A stretch of 64,000 nt of DNA from Eledone cirrhosa (GCA_964016885.1 OZ024743.1:264368001-264432000), one strand, 5' to 3'. Shown: positions 1-13,769, counted from the stretch's first letter. Made by a program: numbers and translations. The notes: generated by a model from the letters alone, not told the origin.

Positions 1-1621
1 CGGTCAATTTACCACTCAGACTTCCCATTTGAAACGTAGCCCTAGTTTGGGCCTTGCGTTCACACTGGTAAATAACATCCAGCATTTGCTTCTAAGCCCA
101 ATTCCAACTGCAATCAACTACACCAAGAAATATCAAGCAACAGGAAGATTATATATTCCATTATTGTACATTTTCAACCATTACAACCCATTACTATAGA
201 GCCTCCATGTGACTGCTTGAGCTGTCGAGAAATAAACATTATTTGCAGTAGGTTTATCTGGCGTTATTGGCAAGAGAAACAATCAGAGAAAAGCTCTCTT
301 AATTGTTCTTCTTTGGTGTGTGTGAGTGAGAATGGACATTTACTGGGAATAATTGTTTCTAGGTGGAGGCAATGCCAGTAATTTCGGAGGAAGGGGAAAG
401 TGGATTAAATTGACTCAATACTTGATGAATGAGAAAGTTGACCGTGAAGTGTTTTGAACTCAGAACATAGCTCATTGAAAATAAATAAGAAAACCTAGTA
501 CTGTTAATGTAGAAACATGACTAACATAATTTCTTTGAAATTATTTTTATGTGCTTGGTACTTGACAGTGTATAAAGACTATATAGAGAATACCGATAGT
601 GCAGTTTTAGGAGGGTACATCTTTGAAATGTGTATTCGTTTTCATATTGTTTATTTTATTTTCACCTTTACATAAAGAATTGAGCTCCCACCTCTCCATC
701 TCTCATTCCCGCTTTCCACTCTGCAACCCCTCTCTGTCGTTATATGTATATATACATTAAACCCAACTTTCATTAATGATTTCTAAGATAATATATTGGT
801 AAAAGGTTGTCACCGGTTTTACTTCATAATTTCTCAGTCAATGGTTTTATGATTATATGCTATCTAGTACAGATAGTTTTCGAGTTGTTTACGATAGTTA
901 AGCGTTACTTAGATACATTGTGGAAGAATGTTATAAACCAGAGAGAAACATGCGCTTAATTTACATAATATCATTTGTATAGTATACAAATAGGTGCAAA
1001 ACTGCTACAAAATTGGAAGAGCCGAATCAAGAAATTTGCACTCAAAATATAGAACACGTTAACATTCATTTGATTATCAGGAAAAAATGTAACTGTAAAT
1101 GTATTCTCTTTTTTTTTCTATATATGCCTGTGATGATGGGAGAAGTAGTACATATTCTGGTGTCTATAAGCGAATAATTGGGTAATTTGAAATGAATGTG
1201 AATTTGTTTCTTTGATGGTTTCCTCAGATCTGTGAATAATTACTCGATTCTCAGATTAAATACCGGAGATTACATTTGCTGAATGTACAATTGAATTTAT
1301 AATAACTACACACGTGGGTGGGGAGTGATCTTCATTATATATTATTGCAGAAAATGTTCTTGTTTAACTTGCATGACAGTGTGTATTTCTCCCTCGTAAT
1401 ATTGTTATTTTAACAGACATGTGGTGAATTTTATTTTTTTACTTGACCATCTTCCAATATTCCAACTGTTGTCAATGTATAGAACTTTTATGCGGGAACC
1501 TGTAAGAGAAATGCTAAACAATTTGGTATAGAATATATACATCAGTCGCAACAAATCGCCTGAATTACGTACACTTTCGTTACGGAACCTCTTATTTTCT
1601 GACATTACTTGATATTAATAC

Positions 1622-1716
1622 GAGGTTAACTTTGCCTTTCATCCTTATGGGGTCGATAAAATAAAGTACCAGTAATGCACTGGGTATTTGCTGCCCTTGT
1701 GCCAAACGTAGAAACA
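1622..1716 (+). mobile_element. 5'-truncated tRNA-derived SINE with 18-bp target site duplication
   Basis: Core 'actttgcctttcatcct..ggggtcgataaaataaagtaccagt' is shared with copies at ~9922-10109, 54403-54582 and 55626-55720. ATTACTTGATATTAATAC is duplicated at 1604-1621 and 1717-1734. Confidence 0.8.
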
Positions 1717-3300
1717 ATTACTTGATATTAATACAATTATCAATTACCAAATCATGATACCTATATTAATAGTATTTATTCAAAGTACATATATCTATTT
1801 TATTTATCATTTATTCAAGATCGATAGGACAGTTTCAATGGCCCTTTATTTTTCAAAGGGCTTCACGGAATGGTTGAAATAAGTAATACTTGTGTCGGAG
1901 AATTGGTCCGCTGAAGGCACGAAAGTGTCCGGTGGTTGAGATGGTAAACAACACTTTGTATTTAAGTCTAAACATATGACATAATGAGTCGGTACAGTGC
2001 AGTGCATGTCAGCAATGCCCTGACCAACACCAACCAAAACAAGTACTTTCTTCTATTGACTCTAAAAGGATGAACGGCAAAATCATGTACTGGTGTCAGG
2101 TCCTCGCACAGTGAGACAGAATTAAACGCAGACGCTTTAAAATGTTGCCTATTTTGCTGCCTATGTTTCTAACATTTTAATATCATACCAATATTAGATG
2201 TTTAAGTCTAGAAGATTTATACATTTCCTGACAAGATTCTAAACATATATTAGGAATGAGTAGGTCTAAGTAATCTCTTGCGGTTAGTTTAGAGGAAAGA
2301 AAGAGATAGCTTGCATATGGTCGCTCGAGTTATTCGAAGTAGTGGACACGTTTTTCGGTCTCAAACCGAACACGTGGGGTAATGAAATGCTGACTTATTT
2401 TTGCACAAATCAAAATGACTCGATGATGACAGCTGGAATATTTTCAATCATAGGACAATACAATCAGAGCTGATATGGTGCTATTCGAAAATGCTAATTC
2501 TTTATTAATAAATGTTACTATTTCATCTTAATTATGGTAAGTACAGATTAAATAATATAAATGATCGTGATAGCGGCTCAAGCTAATCGATACGCAGTAT
2601 AAATATAAATATTGGAAATGAACACGCTAAAGATGACATTAATATGGCATAATATTCTAATTCCACATTTTCAGTATACTGATATCATTAGAGTATATAT
2701 ATCAGGCTCCATTAATGAGGATAGTACTTATATCCTCTCTTCTCAGCGATAACTACCTTATATGTCGGTTATTGCAATATATCCGTCGTTGAATGAAAAT
2801 CTTATTTTATCCGGATTAACGTAATTCTACCTTAAATCGTAAGCTATTGATTTCGGTGAAGACTTACTTAATAGTTGTGCCATATTTTCATCACTTTGTG
2901 TTAGAGAAAGTCATTAAATTTCGAACTAGAATAAATGAAGTGAGAAAAAGCGATCAATATTCAGTTCCAGAAGCTTGGGTTTACTTCCATGATTGGCAAC
3001 CAACCAAAAATCAGCCGAAACGGGATATCGTATGAAACCAAATCATATTACTGCCTCATACATAACATATATCTACAAACGTATACACACATATATAAAT
3101 TTACGTAGATATGCATGTACACTTATTTATGCATTCATAAATATGCGTATATATATACACACACACACACATATATATAAATATATATAGGTATATATAT
3201 ATGTGTGTGTGTGTTCTCGTCCATACACACATATATATATATATACATACATCCGCCACCTCTTTATGGTTTTAATTAATATCTATCTATCTATCTATAT

Positions 3301-4285
3301 ATGCAGTCCTGGGTCAAGCAAAGACCGAGGAAAATGGGCGACTGGCACATCGAATGTGCTCAGCCGCACACAGTCCTCTGGCCAACGGACCCGGCGATCA
3401 GTGGAGACTCCACTTCAACATTCTATAGAGAGTTGGTCCGCAGCAAGTGCGACGACACGCTCGGAGAAACTCTAGGCGTAGAGGAGGACGAACTGGCCAG
3501 TATGTTTGGTAGTACCTTCCGCCTGGGACCAATGAACAACTTCCAAATGTCCCTGGCCTAGCAGTGCTACCGAGGAGCTCTACCAGTTCGAGACAAGCTC
3601 TACAGACACGGGCGCCCGTGTAGGGACCCTTCGAAAAAGATCTGTCCGAGATGCGTGCGCGACGAGGTAACCGTCGCACACGAATTTGTACACTGCCCGG
3701 GCGTTACCGACCTGTGGGGCTGTAGAACGACTATTGTCGCAGGTGGGACCAATCCAGTTGACCACCGTGTCCATTGTCATGTTCAAACCACCCTCCTTCA
3801 AAAACGAGGGAGAGGCGGTTTTCCTATGTGTTATGGCTATGGTGAAAGAGGTTATATGGTGGACGAGGTTAAAAGGGCTGAGGTCAGACACCTTTCTCTC
3901 CGGCGAGCAACTGATTCGTTTTTTCAAATATCATTTTGGAAGGAGAATCAGGACGGAGAGAGAGGTGCTGTACCCCAGCAAATTTTATAAAAGGTGGGTG
4001 AATGTGGCAAAGATGGCCCGAGTGGTTGGGCCTTCTCTCTATATAAGCCTGTAGGTTGAGGAAAAAGAGGAAGAGTGGAACGCAGTACTCACTCTTGGTG
4101 CTCCTAGAGATGAGGGTTGTACATTTTTTCGGGGTGTGTACAACCCCTGTGTAACACCTCCCCCTATTGAGGATTTCAATTGTTATTTGTTATTGTATTA
4201 ATAGTTTTATTTTCATATACCTGTATGTAAATTCCCCATTTGTATTTGTCCCCTTCTTTTGTGCCCTTGTGGCTAATAAAGAAAT

Positions 4286-4287
<2 letters not shown>
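3301..4287 (+). mobile_element. 5'-truncated 3' fragment of an L1/Tx1-type LINE (same family as 59673-64000)
   Basis: Translations QSWVKQRPRKMGDWHIECAQ, EGEAVFLCV and EREVLYPSKF match the 59975-61165 ORF. The 3' UTR ends in AATAAA followed by (ATCT)n/(TA)n. Frameshifted. Confidence 0.9.
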
Positions 4288-4377
<90 letters not shown>

Positions 4378-4748
4378 ATTAAAACCATAAATAGGTGGCA
4401 CAGATTAATTCTTAATGTTTGTATTATATATTGTCTTCATTACCGGAACCTCTATCTTTACCTTCGTCCCATTCATGAGTGTCTAAAAGGATTTCACTCA
4501 GTATCATGCCTAGCGTTGGTATGACTACATCCGCAAATGTTGGAAGGTACCACATCCTGACTTTTTAATGTATACGTTAGAATCACGCGAACAGAGGAGG
4601 TATAGTTATAAACATATGACTCATCCCTAACAAGTGTAATATAATATACATACACACAAACACTAAAATCTTTAACGTGTACTTACGGTCATACACATAC
4701 TCTCTCTCTCTGTCTTTCATACACACACACAAACAAACCATCACACAC

Positions 4749-4787
<39 letters not shown>

Positions 4788-5426
4788 ACTAGTGGTTCTA
4801 AAATGTATTGCTTTAACTCATTCTGATGTTGATATCTGGCAAAGAAGTCAATATGCGTAAAGCTGAAACTAATATATCTATTATTTAGAAAATCATGCAT
4901 ATTTACTGAGTTCAACACTGCACGTCGTATGATAGAAAAAATCTTTTTACACAGGTGTGTAAATAGATGGGTGCGTAAACATACGGTAAACATTAATTTA
5001 TCAGCCGGGTCTCAATAGAAAGGAAATAGGCATATATATATATATAAACACTCAGGGACAAACACACGAATTCACACGCACAATCACACACACACAAATA
5101 TATATATGTATATATATATTAGTGAATTCTTCTACTTCCATTAACTCTCTCTCTCTTTATATATCTAATCTAATCTGACTAAGTTTACACTCGCAAATAA
5201 GAAGAACCAGGGCCGCCACGAGGAGCATTGGATTTGGTCTACTTCATATATTTTTCAGGGGGCGTTGTTTCTCCTGAAGGTCAATAGATCTCTTCTAACT
5301 CGAGTGGGAGCGCCTTTCCATTGTTAATTTTCATTGATCATCTGCAAAGCCACATCGTTCTCAGAACCACTAGACTAGTTTTTCGATGCGTACCACCGAT
5401 TGATTTGGCAGAATCGCAACTAATAT

Positions 5427-6560
5427 CTACAGCTCAGTAAACTGTAAATATTTTGTAGTTCTTTCTATGATCCTACTATTCCGACTAATTGTGAAGCGGG
5501 CATTGTCACGACATAAGCCGTCTTTAAATGAACGGAAAATACCTTTTAATTTACTTAGCAATAAAAGACCAAGTAGGTCAGTAATCTGAGCAGAATCATT
5601 TGAGTTCAAGTTGTCAAGGTGGTTCTTTTCTGGTCCTTAGGCTCCCGTCGAAGTCAATTAAACTCTTCCTTGCAGCAAGTACGATGTTAATTTCAGGAAT
5701 AGTTAAGTTACTCATACTATTCACAATAATTAAATGTCTGTTCAGAAGTTTTGGGAAAATAAATGAGTAATAATAACCTATATCAATCTCTATGAAGCTC
5801 ATTTCAATTTTGTCTTGTATCAGTTTATTACCCCATTAGTGCTGTGCCAAAGATTCTAGGATAATTCTTGTGTTATAGTAGGTATTAATCTGTCAAGTAT
5901 CATTTTACAAATTTAACTTATATCGGAAATAGAGGAGCATATAATTCTAATTAAAGGGTTATTAATAAAGTCCGCATTATGAGCTTTATGAGAAATATAT
6001 CCCCACTTACTATATTATTGTGACATATTGAATCCTTCCCTTTATATAGTTCCTTAATATACTCCTATAGCTGTATGTATGAATCAGACTTTAGTAATAG
6101 TTAAACTGTTTCACTTAAATACGTAATAGGTAACTAGACTTACAGTAATAGGCTATATTTACTATAGGAAATATGAGACTCATTCAACTTGCTTACATAG
6201 GAATTCTGATTCTTTCTATTTTAGTAATTTATGACACCACTATTTATTATAACAACCTATCATGCACATTCCCTTATATAATAACCCCTTATATCTATTA
6301 GGTAAGAATAATGCTTAAACAATAGTAAATTTGTCTCGTACGTTAGTAATAGTCTTGATTTCACTCCCTACTTAGCATTGCTTATATGTTATTTTATGTC
6401 CGCTGGGCGGGAGATTAATTGTTATTATGGATTAATCGATTAAATCTATCTCCAACCTAGTCATATCTGCATATTTGTATATGATCTTTTGCCACGGTAA
6501 TAGGTGACTTAAGCGGTATTGAAACACTTTGTGAATCTAACATGAACATATTTTCGACCG
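5427..6560 (-). pseudogene. Degenerate Penelope-like (Naiad-type) reverse transcriptase fragment
   Basis: Minus-strand peptides FIEIDIGYYYS, EINIVLAARKSL, DSAQITDLLGL and DGLCRDN correspond to the Naiad RT motifs FDIxxFYPSI, ARKSLL, DGAE(V/I)CELVG and GLYRDD. Many stops. The upstream boundary is uncertain. Confidence 0.7.
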
Positions 6561-6570
6561 GTTTTAAGTT

Positions 6571-6768
6571 TTAATCGCTAGGTTTTAAGTTCCTGTTATT
6601 TATTCTATTAATATTTTGCGCTAAATTTTTGGTGGATGAGTAGGTTAGTTTTATAGTATGTCTATTGAAAATTGAGTGATACCTATGTATTCTAGGGAAG
6701 CGATTATCGAGAGCTTTAAAAAATAGTTTAGCAATGTGGGTTTTAATGTTTAGTGAGAAAGGGGGGGC
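6571..6768 (-). repeat. Inverted copy of 6953-7147 at the 5' truncation point of a PLE
   Basis: The peptide PPFSLNIKTHIAK...NLKPSD is encoded on both strands, near-identical. Confidence 0.9.
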
Positions 6769-6770
6769 AA

Positions 6771-7606
6771 ACAATGAAGCGTTAGCTAGAGCAGGATATA
6801 GTGATAAAATTATGTACATAGATAATGATGAACAAATTAAACAAAATAACAACTATTTTAATTATGGCCACAACCTTAACAACTATAATAGAAAGCATTA
6901 CAATAATTCCAAAAGCCATAAAAGAAATAGAACTAGGAATATAATATGGTTTTCCCCCCCTTTCTCACTAAACATTAAAACCCACATTGCTAAACTATTT
7001 TTTAAAGCTCTCGATAACCGCTTCCCTAGAACATATAGGTATCACTCAATTTTCAATAGACATACTATAAAACTAACCTACTCATCCACCAAAAATTTAG
7101 CGCAAAATATTAATAGAATAAATAACAGGAACTTAAAACCTAGCGATAATAGCATAAATAATATCCAAGTTAACAAATGTAACTGTAGAGATAGATCTAA
7201 ATGTCCGTTAAATAACAACTGCTTAGTTAAAAATATAATATACAACTGTAATGTTAAAACGGACGTTAATTCTTTTAACTACGTTGGTTCTACATCGACG
7301 GAATTTAAACTTCGCTATAACAACCACAAGAATTCTTTCACAGATCCATCCAAAAAATCTTCAACAGCACTATCAGGCGTACTCTGGCAACTTAGGCATG
7401 ATAACGTTAGATATTCGACGACTTGGAATATAGTTTCAAGGGGGATTCCTTTTAATTCATCCTCTGAGACATGTGACCTCTGTGCGGAGGAGATATTCTT
7501 TATACTAAAATCTAAAAATTCCCTTAATCTACGGACAAATTTATTCAGTTGCTGCAGACATAGATTGAACTCAACGTTTAAATATAAATTTAAATTTAAA
7601 ATGTAG
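6771..7606 (+). CDS. C-terminal part of a PLE ORF (RT thumb/linker and GIY-YIG endonuclease); open but 5'-truncated
   Basis: ORF track 6734..7606. The first ~12 codons come from the inverted segment, so the listed start is an artefact. Confidence 0.75.
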
Positions 7607-8585
7607 TTATGTTTGATTTGATTTGTAATTATTTATGAAACTAGCCGATAAATCTTTCGATTTCTTCTTTTTATTAAAACATTCTTTTTATTAAAACATT
7701 CTTCATGAATAATTAAACTACCCTAAAAGCTGATGCTCCAAATATATCGAATTAAATTTTAAACTAGATAAACTTCTATATTAAATATAAGAACATATGT
7801 AGACCAAATGGGTATCCTAAACTTTTGGAATGATTTCTGCTAGACAGGATTTGGTAAACAATTTTTGTTTTATCTGTTTCGACTCTGATGCTTATGATGA
7901 ACTTGGCAATATATTGTCAATTAACTTTGAAAGGCTGATCTCTGTGGCCGATTTGCGTGGCATACTATGTTTTATTTTTATTTTTATTATTTTTTAATAT
8001 TTTTTAATATTTTTTAATATTTTGTAATATTTTTTATTTTTAATATTAAATGTTTTAGTTTTCTGTTTATTTATTTTTTCTTGTCTCTGATATTTTTATT
8101 TTTATTTTTATTTTTATTAATATATTGAAATCTGTTCTCTATTTCTGCTTGATCGACAATCATGTAGAGTAAAGACAAGAATAGTATTGTTAAAATTAAT
8201 ATAGACTCTATATATATGTGTATATATACACACATATATGTATACTTGAATTTTTATAGCACAATGAGAATGTTTTCGTGTGAATTGGGAGTTTGTTTAT
8301 AATTATGATATAAACATATGAATTTTTAAAAACTAGACATAAGATCATTACTTTTCACACATTATAGATACATGTCTCATTCATGAATACTGATATTTAC
8401 ATTATAATGCCTGTTTTATACGAACTAATATTTTCTACGGGATAAAACATAGCGGTTTTAAATTCTGCCTCGTTTATGTCTGGTTATGTTTCATTTTCTC
8501 TTTTTCATTTTCTCTTTTTTCTCTCTATATAACGGCTATTTTCTCTCTTAACTACATACATCTCTCTTTACATTAATACTAGAGC

Positions 8586-8624
<39 letters not shown>

Positions 8625-8923
8625 ATGTATCAACCGATACTCAACTTCCTAGTTTCTCTATCTATCTCTATCTATCTCTTTCTTTTTTCCTCTCTCTATA
8701 TATATTTCTCTCTGTTTCTTTACATGAAGTTCTTCTCTTTATCTATCTTTCTATATCTCTCTATTTAGTCACATGCATTTCTTCTTTTTCTTCGTTTCTC
8801 TTTCTTTCTCTCTTTCTCTCGTTCTTTTTACAACTGTCCACAATATTTTTTACTGCCAAATCAACCTCCCAAATGCAAGGTGATTGAAAGGTATGTCGTA
8901 TCTATTTATTTATAAGACTGTTT

Positions 8924-9000
8924 ATATTGTATTTTGTCTGAAGAAGGCATAACATATTGTTAATATGATATCCCTGAAATATATATAACGAAATAAATAT
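8924..9000 (+). ncRNA. Type I hammerhead ribozyme in a PLE pLTR
   Basis: CTGAAGA at 8938-8944, stem II AGG..CATATT-GTT-AATATG..CCT, GAAA at 8976-8979, palindromic stem III A-TATATA-T, AUA site (cut after 8987). Stem I: atattgtattttgt pairs with acgaaataaatat with one bulge. Confidence 0.75.
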
Positions 9001-9081
9001 GGTTTTATAAATATAGTTTCCATTTATTTAATATCATATATATATATATATATATATTATATATACGTGTGTACCCTAAAA

Positions 9082-9440
9082 TTTTCAACTTCGCATTTTC
9101 CTCTTTATTAATATACTCCGTCATCCTTGTTTTTTGGAAGTAATATGACGTTGAGTGCTAGAATTGCATGCTTATAAAGCGAATGTATATATATATATAT
9201 ATATTAATTAATTTGTTATTTTAATAAATATTTGCTCTACGGATCTTATATATTCGATATATATTTATCCTTATCGAGCCCTCTTTGGATTTTAGTCTTC
9301 AAATTTATTATTATTACTATATATATATATATATATACATTCGGTATATAAGCATTCAATTCTAGCACTCAACGTCATATTACTTCCTTAAAACAAGGAT
9401 GACGGAGTATATTAATAAAGAGGAAAATGCGAAGTTGAAG
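9082..9440. repeat. Inverted repeat, ~115-bp arms (9082-9200 and 9320-9440)
   Basis: cttcgcattttcctctttattaatatactccgtcatccttg is reverse-complemented on the right arm. The spacer is homologous to the reverse complement of 36443-36555. Confidence 0.85.
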
Positions 9441-9489
9441 ATGTTAAGGTACATATGTATATATAGGGTATATATATATATATATGTAA

Positions 9490-9813
9490 CAAGGAAGGTG
9501 TGGTAAGATACCAGGTGGACCATGACTCACCAGAGTACTCGATAATTTGGGTAGTAGAGTGGGTAATAGGAAAAGTGTCAGGACACCGACGGCTGAGCTC
9601 CGGTCGTTTCGACAGCTAGATCCGAACCGGGATTTGAGTGTGGTAGGGGTCGAATAGTGCTCCATTACGGAAGTAGGAGCTAAAGAATAAGGAAAGTCTG
9701 GTAAGATACCAGATGGACCATAACGCACGAGAGCACTTAATACTTAGTGTAGTAAAGTGGGTATTAGGAAAAGAGTCAGGACCCCGACGGCTGAGCTCCG
9801 GCTGTTTTGACAA
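9490..9813. repeat. ~198-bp tandem unit (about 1.6 copies), GC-richer dispersed family also at 39378-39575
   Basis: tggtaagatacca recurs at 9501 and 9699. ggctgagctccgg.cgtttcgacagctagatccgaac is shared with 39470-39510. Confidence 0.8.
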
Positions 9814-9818
9814 CTATA

Positions 9819-9860
<42 letters not shown>

Positions 9861-9921
9861 TCGTATTAGCATGAGAAACATTGGGAAATTTGAAATATAT
9901 TTGGCCTAAAATATATTATCA

Positions 9922-10109
9922 TAATTGTTTCTACTATTGGCATAAGGCCAGCAATTACCCAGTGCACTACTGGTACTTTATTTTATCGACCCCGTAAGGA
10001 TGAAAGGCAAAGTTAACCTCGGCGGGATTTGAACTCAGAATGGCACGGGCCGTAACTCCATGCGTCAAAGCATGGCGTTCGACCCTCTACCGATACTGCC
10101 AATCTACCG
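9922..10109 (-). mobile_element. Near full-length tRNA-derived SINE
   Basis: The minus strand has an A-box-like TGGCAGTATCGG and B-box GTTCAAATCC, followed by the shared SINE core. Confidence 0.8.
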
Positions 10110-12339
10110 AGTCGATCAATATCAATAACAGTTGAGAAAATCTTAGGCGGAGGCACTTGTACGTGCATATTTTAATTTTGTATACACTATATTATACAAT
10201 AATATAATATAATATATCGTCGAGACGCTGTGAAAGTAGATTCATTTGGTTAAAAAGTATATCTAATGGTTGGCTATAATGATCATAACAAAGATGAGAA
10301 ATTATATTATGATTTTAATGCGAATGTTAATGATGATATTTATGAAGATTATCGTGATGATGATTTTCATGAAGATTGTCGCGATGATGATGGAATAAGC
10401 TTTGGATTTCGAAGCTTAATTTATATTGAATTTAAATTATATAATTTCTGCGAATCAAACTGAGCAACTTCATCTGTTTTTCGGGAAAGCTGAAAGACAA
10501 AAACAAATATATACATCATAAGTACATATACAAAATAGATAATAACGGCAGCTGCATGAAGAAACAAACCAAATAACACATATGTTTAAACACATTTAAT
10601 GAAGTCGAAACCAATCAATTTGAATCAATTAATTTCTTTATTATTTTATATTTGAATATATTTGAATAGTTATCAATCCAATGTTCCGACAAAAGTAAAG
10701 ACATGAGTAAATAGTTTGAACATTTTCAGGAAGAAATGAAACAATGCTTAAAACGAGCTTCCTTACATATATTGTTTCTAAACTAAATTATCATTTCTAA
10801 TTGGAAAGATTGTGAAGATATTGTCTAATCTAGTTGAGAAAGGTATGTAGCTTATCTGGTGTTATGTACTACAGAATAGCACGTTGGTAACAAAACCGTT
10901 ACTATGAATCGAGTACATCTCTTATTCTCGATGTATACCGAGTGCGAAGAGTCGATGTTTCTAGATATGTAATAGCACATATAATTTGGTGGAACTAACT
11001 AGTTCTCTGAGAAAGTATATATATAGAATGATGTTTGCTTATATATATGTTGCTGTGGTTGTCGTTATTTATGTTTACAGAGTAGTTGGTGTGTTAGCGT
11101 ATGGTTACCTGGGGATACGTGCATGTATCATTGTGTGATGGTTTACTGGTTGGCTTTTCTTTGAAGACTTTAGGTATATATGTTGGTAAACGATGTGTTA
11201 GTTTGTGTTTTGACTACTATATGTTAGTGTATTTTGAGGAGTGTTTTCGGTGAGTGGGGGTATTTCTGGCGTGAATGCACCTTTTGAATAACAAATATCT
11301 ACACATTGTGACGAGTTTGGAGTTTTGGTTTAAAAGTGGTTCATTGATGAACAATATATTCCTTGCCACCTCGGAGCAAACATATATGAATGGTTGCCAC
11401 CCGTTTAAAGTTTAGCCTTCGTGGTATAGCAATAATGTGTTAAAAAATGCATCTTCCTTCACCACCCCTCCAACAATGATTACTATGACAACTATGATTA
11501 CATCTGTTTTTTTTATTTCATCCTTTTAGGCACTAGTACTAGTTTTTAACATATTTGTATTTCGTCATCCCTTGTATTTCTTCCATAATTGCTGTTTCTG
11601 GGTGCATAGATTCTCATTGCTCTTTACTGAAAATATCTAAATCGGCAGATAAGTATTTTAAATAGCTGTGGATAAAAGTGTTATATGAATCTATAAAAGT
11701 AGGTGGCATCAATCCTCAGAGCATCCCACTGATGCACATTATTCAATTTCATCAATGGTATTTAGCTCCTTAAATATAAAAGTAAACGTGTTTCCAGGCA
11801 CATTAAATTCTTCGAGACAAATTGGATTTTGGTTTTTGAAATCAATTCCTTTCCTCAACCTTTTCAAAATTAGCAGAATATTATTCATAAGAAAGGCGTA
11901 ATCAGCTTTACAATCTTTCTTATATTATGAAAATTTTCAGTTAATATTTTAACTTTACTCAGAACCTATGAAAATTATTTTTAGAAAGTTATCTACAGAA
12001 AACCCTTCTTGTACAACATTGCATGCTATAACGTAAGATATTACGTATATAGCGTATATATCCCTGCATTCATTATTAATCAATTACCCCGATTCTTTCT
12101 AAGAAATAGAGTGGTATGGTGGTCATATGATATTGGCTTTGTAGGCCGATTAACATGAGTTTCAAATTATAAGTCATGTAGAAAATGTTAACTGAAGAGA
12201 ATTATTCGATAGGAAGTATTAGTACCATAGGCGATTCTTGTCAAATGCCAAAATGAGTATTTTCGCATTTCTGGCCAATGATGCTTAGTGACGAATGATG
12301 ACGTGTATGGATATAATTTTTATTTAGATGTGAATCCCC

Positions 12340-12655
12340 AAGATGTATTCTCGCATGTTTGTCGTTTTCTCATCCTGTAGTTCTCGCCAGTGTGCTTTTA
12401 TTATTTCTACTATGCTACGGGCCATCTCACCTATGTATGTCTTGTTCTTATTCCTACACTGTCCCTCCGAACATCTTATGCTATATACTACGTTCCTAAA
12501 TTTAAAGTTAATCTCACTTCACTTGGCCTTAAACTTAGGTTCCTTAATGTTATTAAAATAACCGACTGGGGAATTATAATAATAAATTGAAGTGAAACCC
12601 AGCAGGTGCGTGTATTTGTTATGGGCTGCATGACCTTCCCAAAGTATAACAATAT
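12340..12655 (-). mobile_element. Degenerate GIY-YIG fragment of the 33.6-36.4 kb PLE family, followed by an inverted (+) pLTR 3' end (12575-12655)
   Basis: tctcacctatgta..ttctta..ctaca.tgtcc..catcttatgctatatactac matches 34360-34430. catgacc.tcccaaagtataacaatat matches 36368-36394. Confidence 0.7.
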
Positions 12656-13031
12656 GTATATAAATATATATATAGCTCAAATAAGGGCAGCAGTTATAAA
12701 CTCCCTCTTACATCGATGGCCATCCAAGGAAGCTGGGCATAAAATACTGGTCCAAGTAAAATATATATATGATAAGAAGACTGAAAAGTTTCTATTGTTG
12801 AAAATCACATGATATAACATTGTAAGATGAAACTGCACAAACAGCAAAAACACACATATATGCACACAGAAATATATATATATACACATACACTTACAGG
12901 TGTACACAAATACAAACACACACATAATAAAAAAAATTTAGAGGTAAATGGCTTAAAGCAGTGAAGAAATGAACGGAAGAACCACCAATCTGAAAACAAA
13001 AACAAGCCGTAAAGGGAATATATATGTATAA

Positions 13032-13099
<68 letters not shown>

Positions 13100-13504
13100 G
13101 TGTGTGCGTATGTAAGCATACGTGAGCGTACGAGTGAGTATGTGTATATGAAAATGGCTTACATGAAAAAATATAAACATCTGGAAAATTTATGTTAAGC
13201 CTCTCTATCAATCAATTAAAAGTAGAAATGAGCGGTTATTGACGGCATTTTTATCAGATTTCACGAAAATTAAGCATTCAAAGAGTGTTTCAATTGCAAT
13301 GCTACCTTATAATTAGGGAAACGCTTTTCTGCAGATTCCCGTATATATAATATATCATTAAATAATCATCAACCAATGTGTTGCTTTATTACTTTCAAAT
13401 ATGTTTACGCTATCGATCTAGCTCAGTGATGATGTTGTTGTTTGTGCTCTTCAGCAGGACTCAACGTTTTTGTATGAACGTAATTGTGTGTGCGTGCATG
13501 CAAT

Positions 13505-13508
13505 ACAT

Positions 13509-13553
<45 letters not shown>

Positions 13554-13587
13554 CGTAGATACATATATATATATATATTTATATTTA

Positions 13588-13620
<33 letters not shown>

Positions 13621-13651
13621 ATATTTATATTTATATATATATATATTTATA

Positions 13652-13682
<31 letters not shown>

Positions 13683-13709
13683 GTATATATATTTATATAT
13701 ATATATTTA

Positions 13710-13769
<60 letters not shown>

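Larger units (their letters stand above)
6770..9035 (+). mobile_element. 5'-truncated Naiad-type Penelope-like element (linker, GIY-YIG endonuclease, long 3' UTR/pLTR with hammerhead)
   Basis: ORF to 7606 with RNIIWFSPPFS, IFNRHTIKLTYS, CNCR..CPL..CL, IIY..YVGST..FKLRYNNH, CDLC and CCRH. Ends at a (TA)n tract. Confidence 0.85.

Noticed and set aside
7170-7606. Possible selenoprotein Naiad (UGA at conserved Cys positions)
   Set aside because: All conserved positions (CNC, CPL, CL, CDLC, CCRH) are normal Cys codons, with no in-frame TGA.
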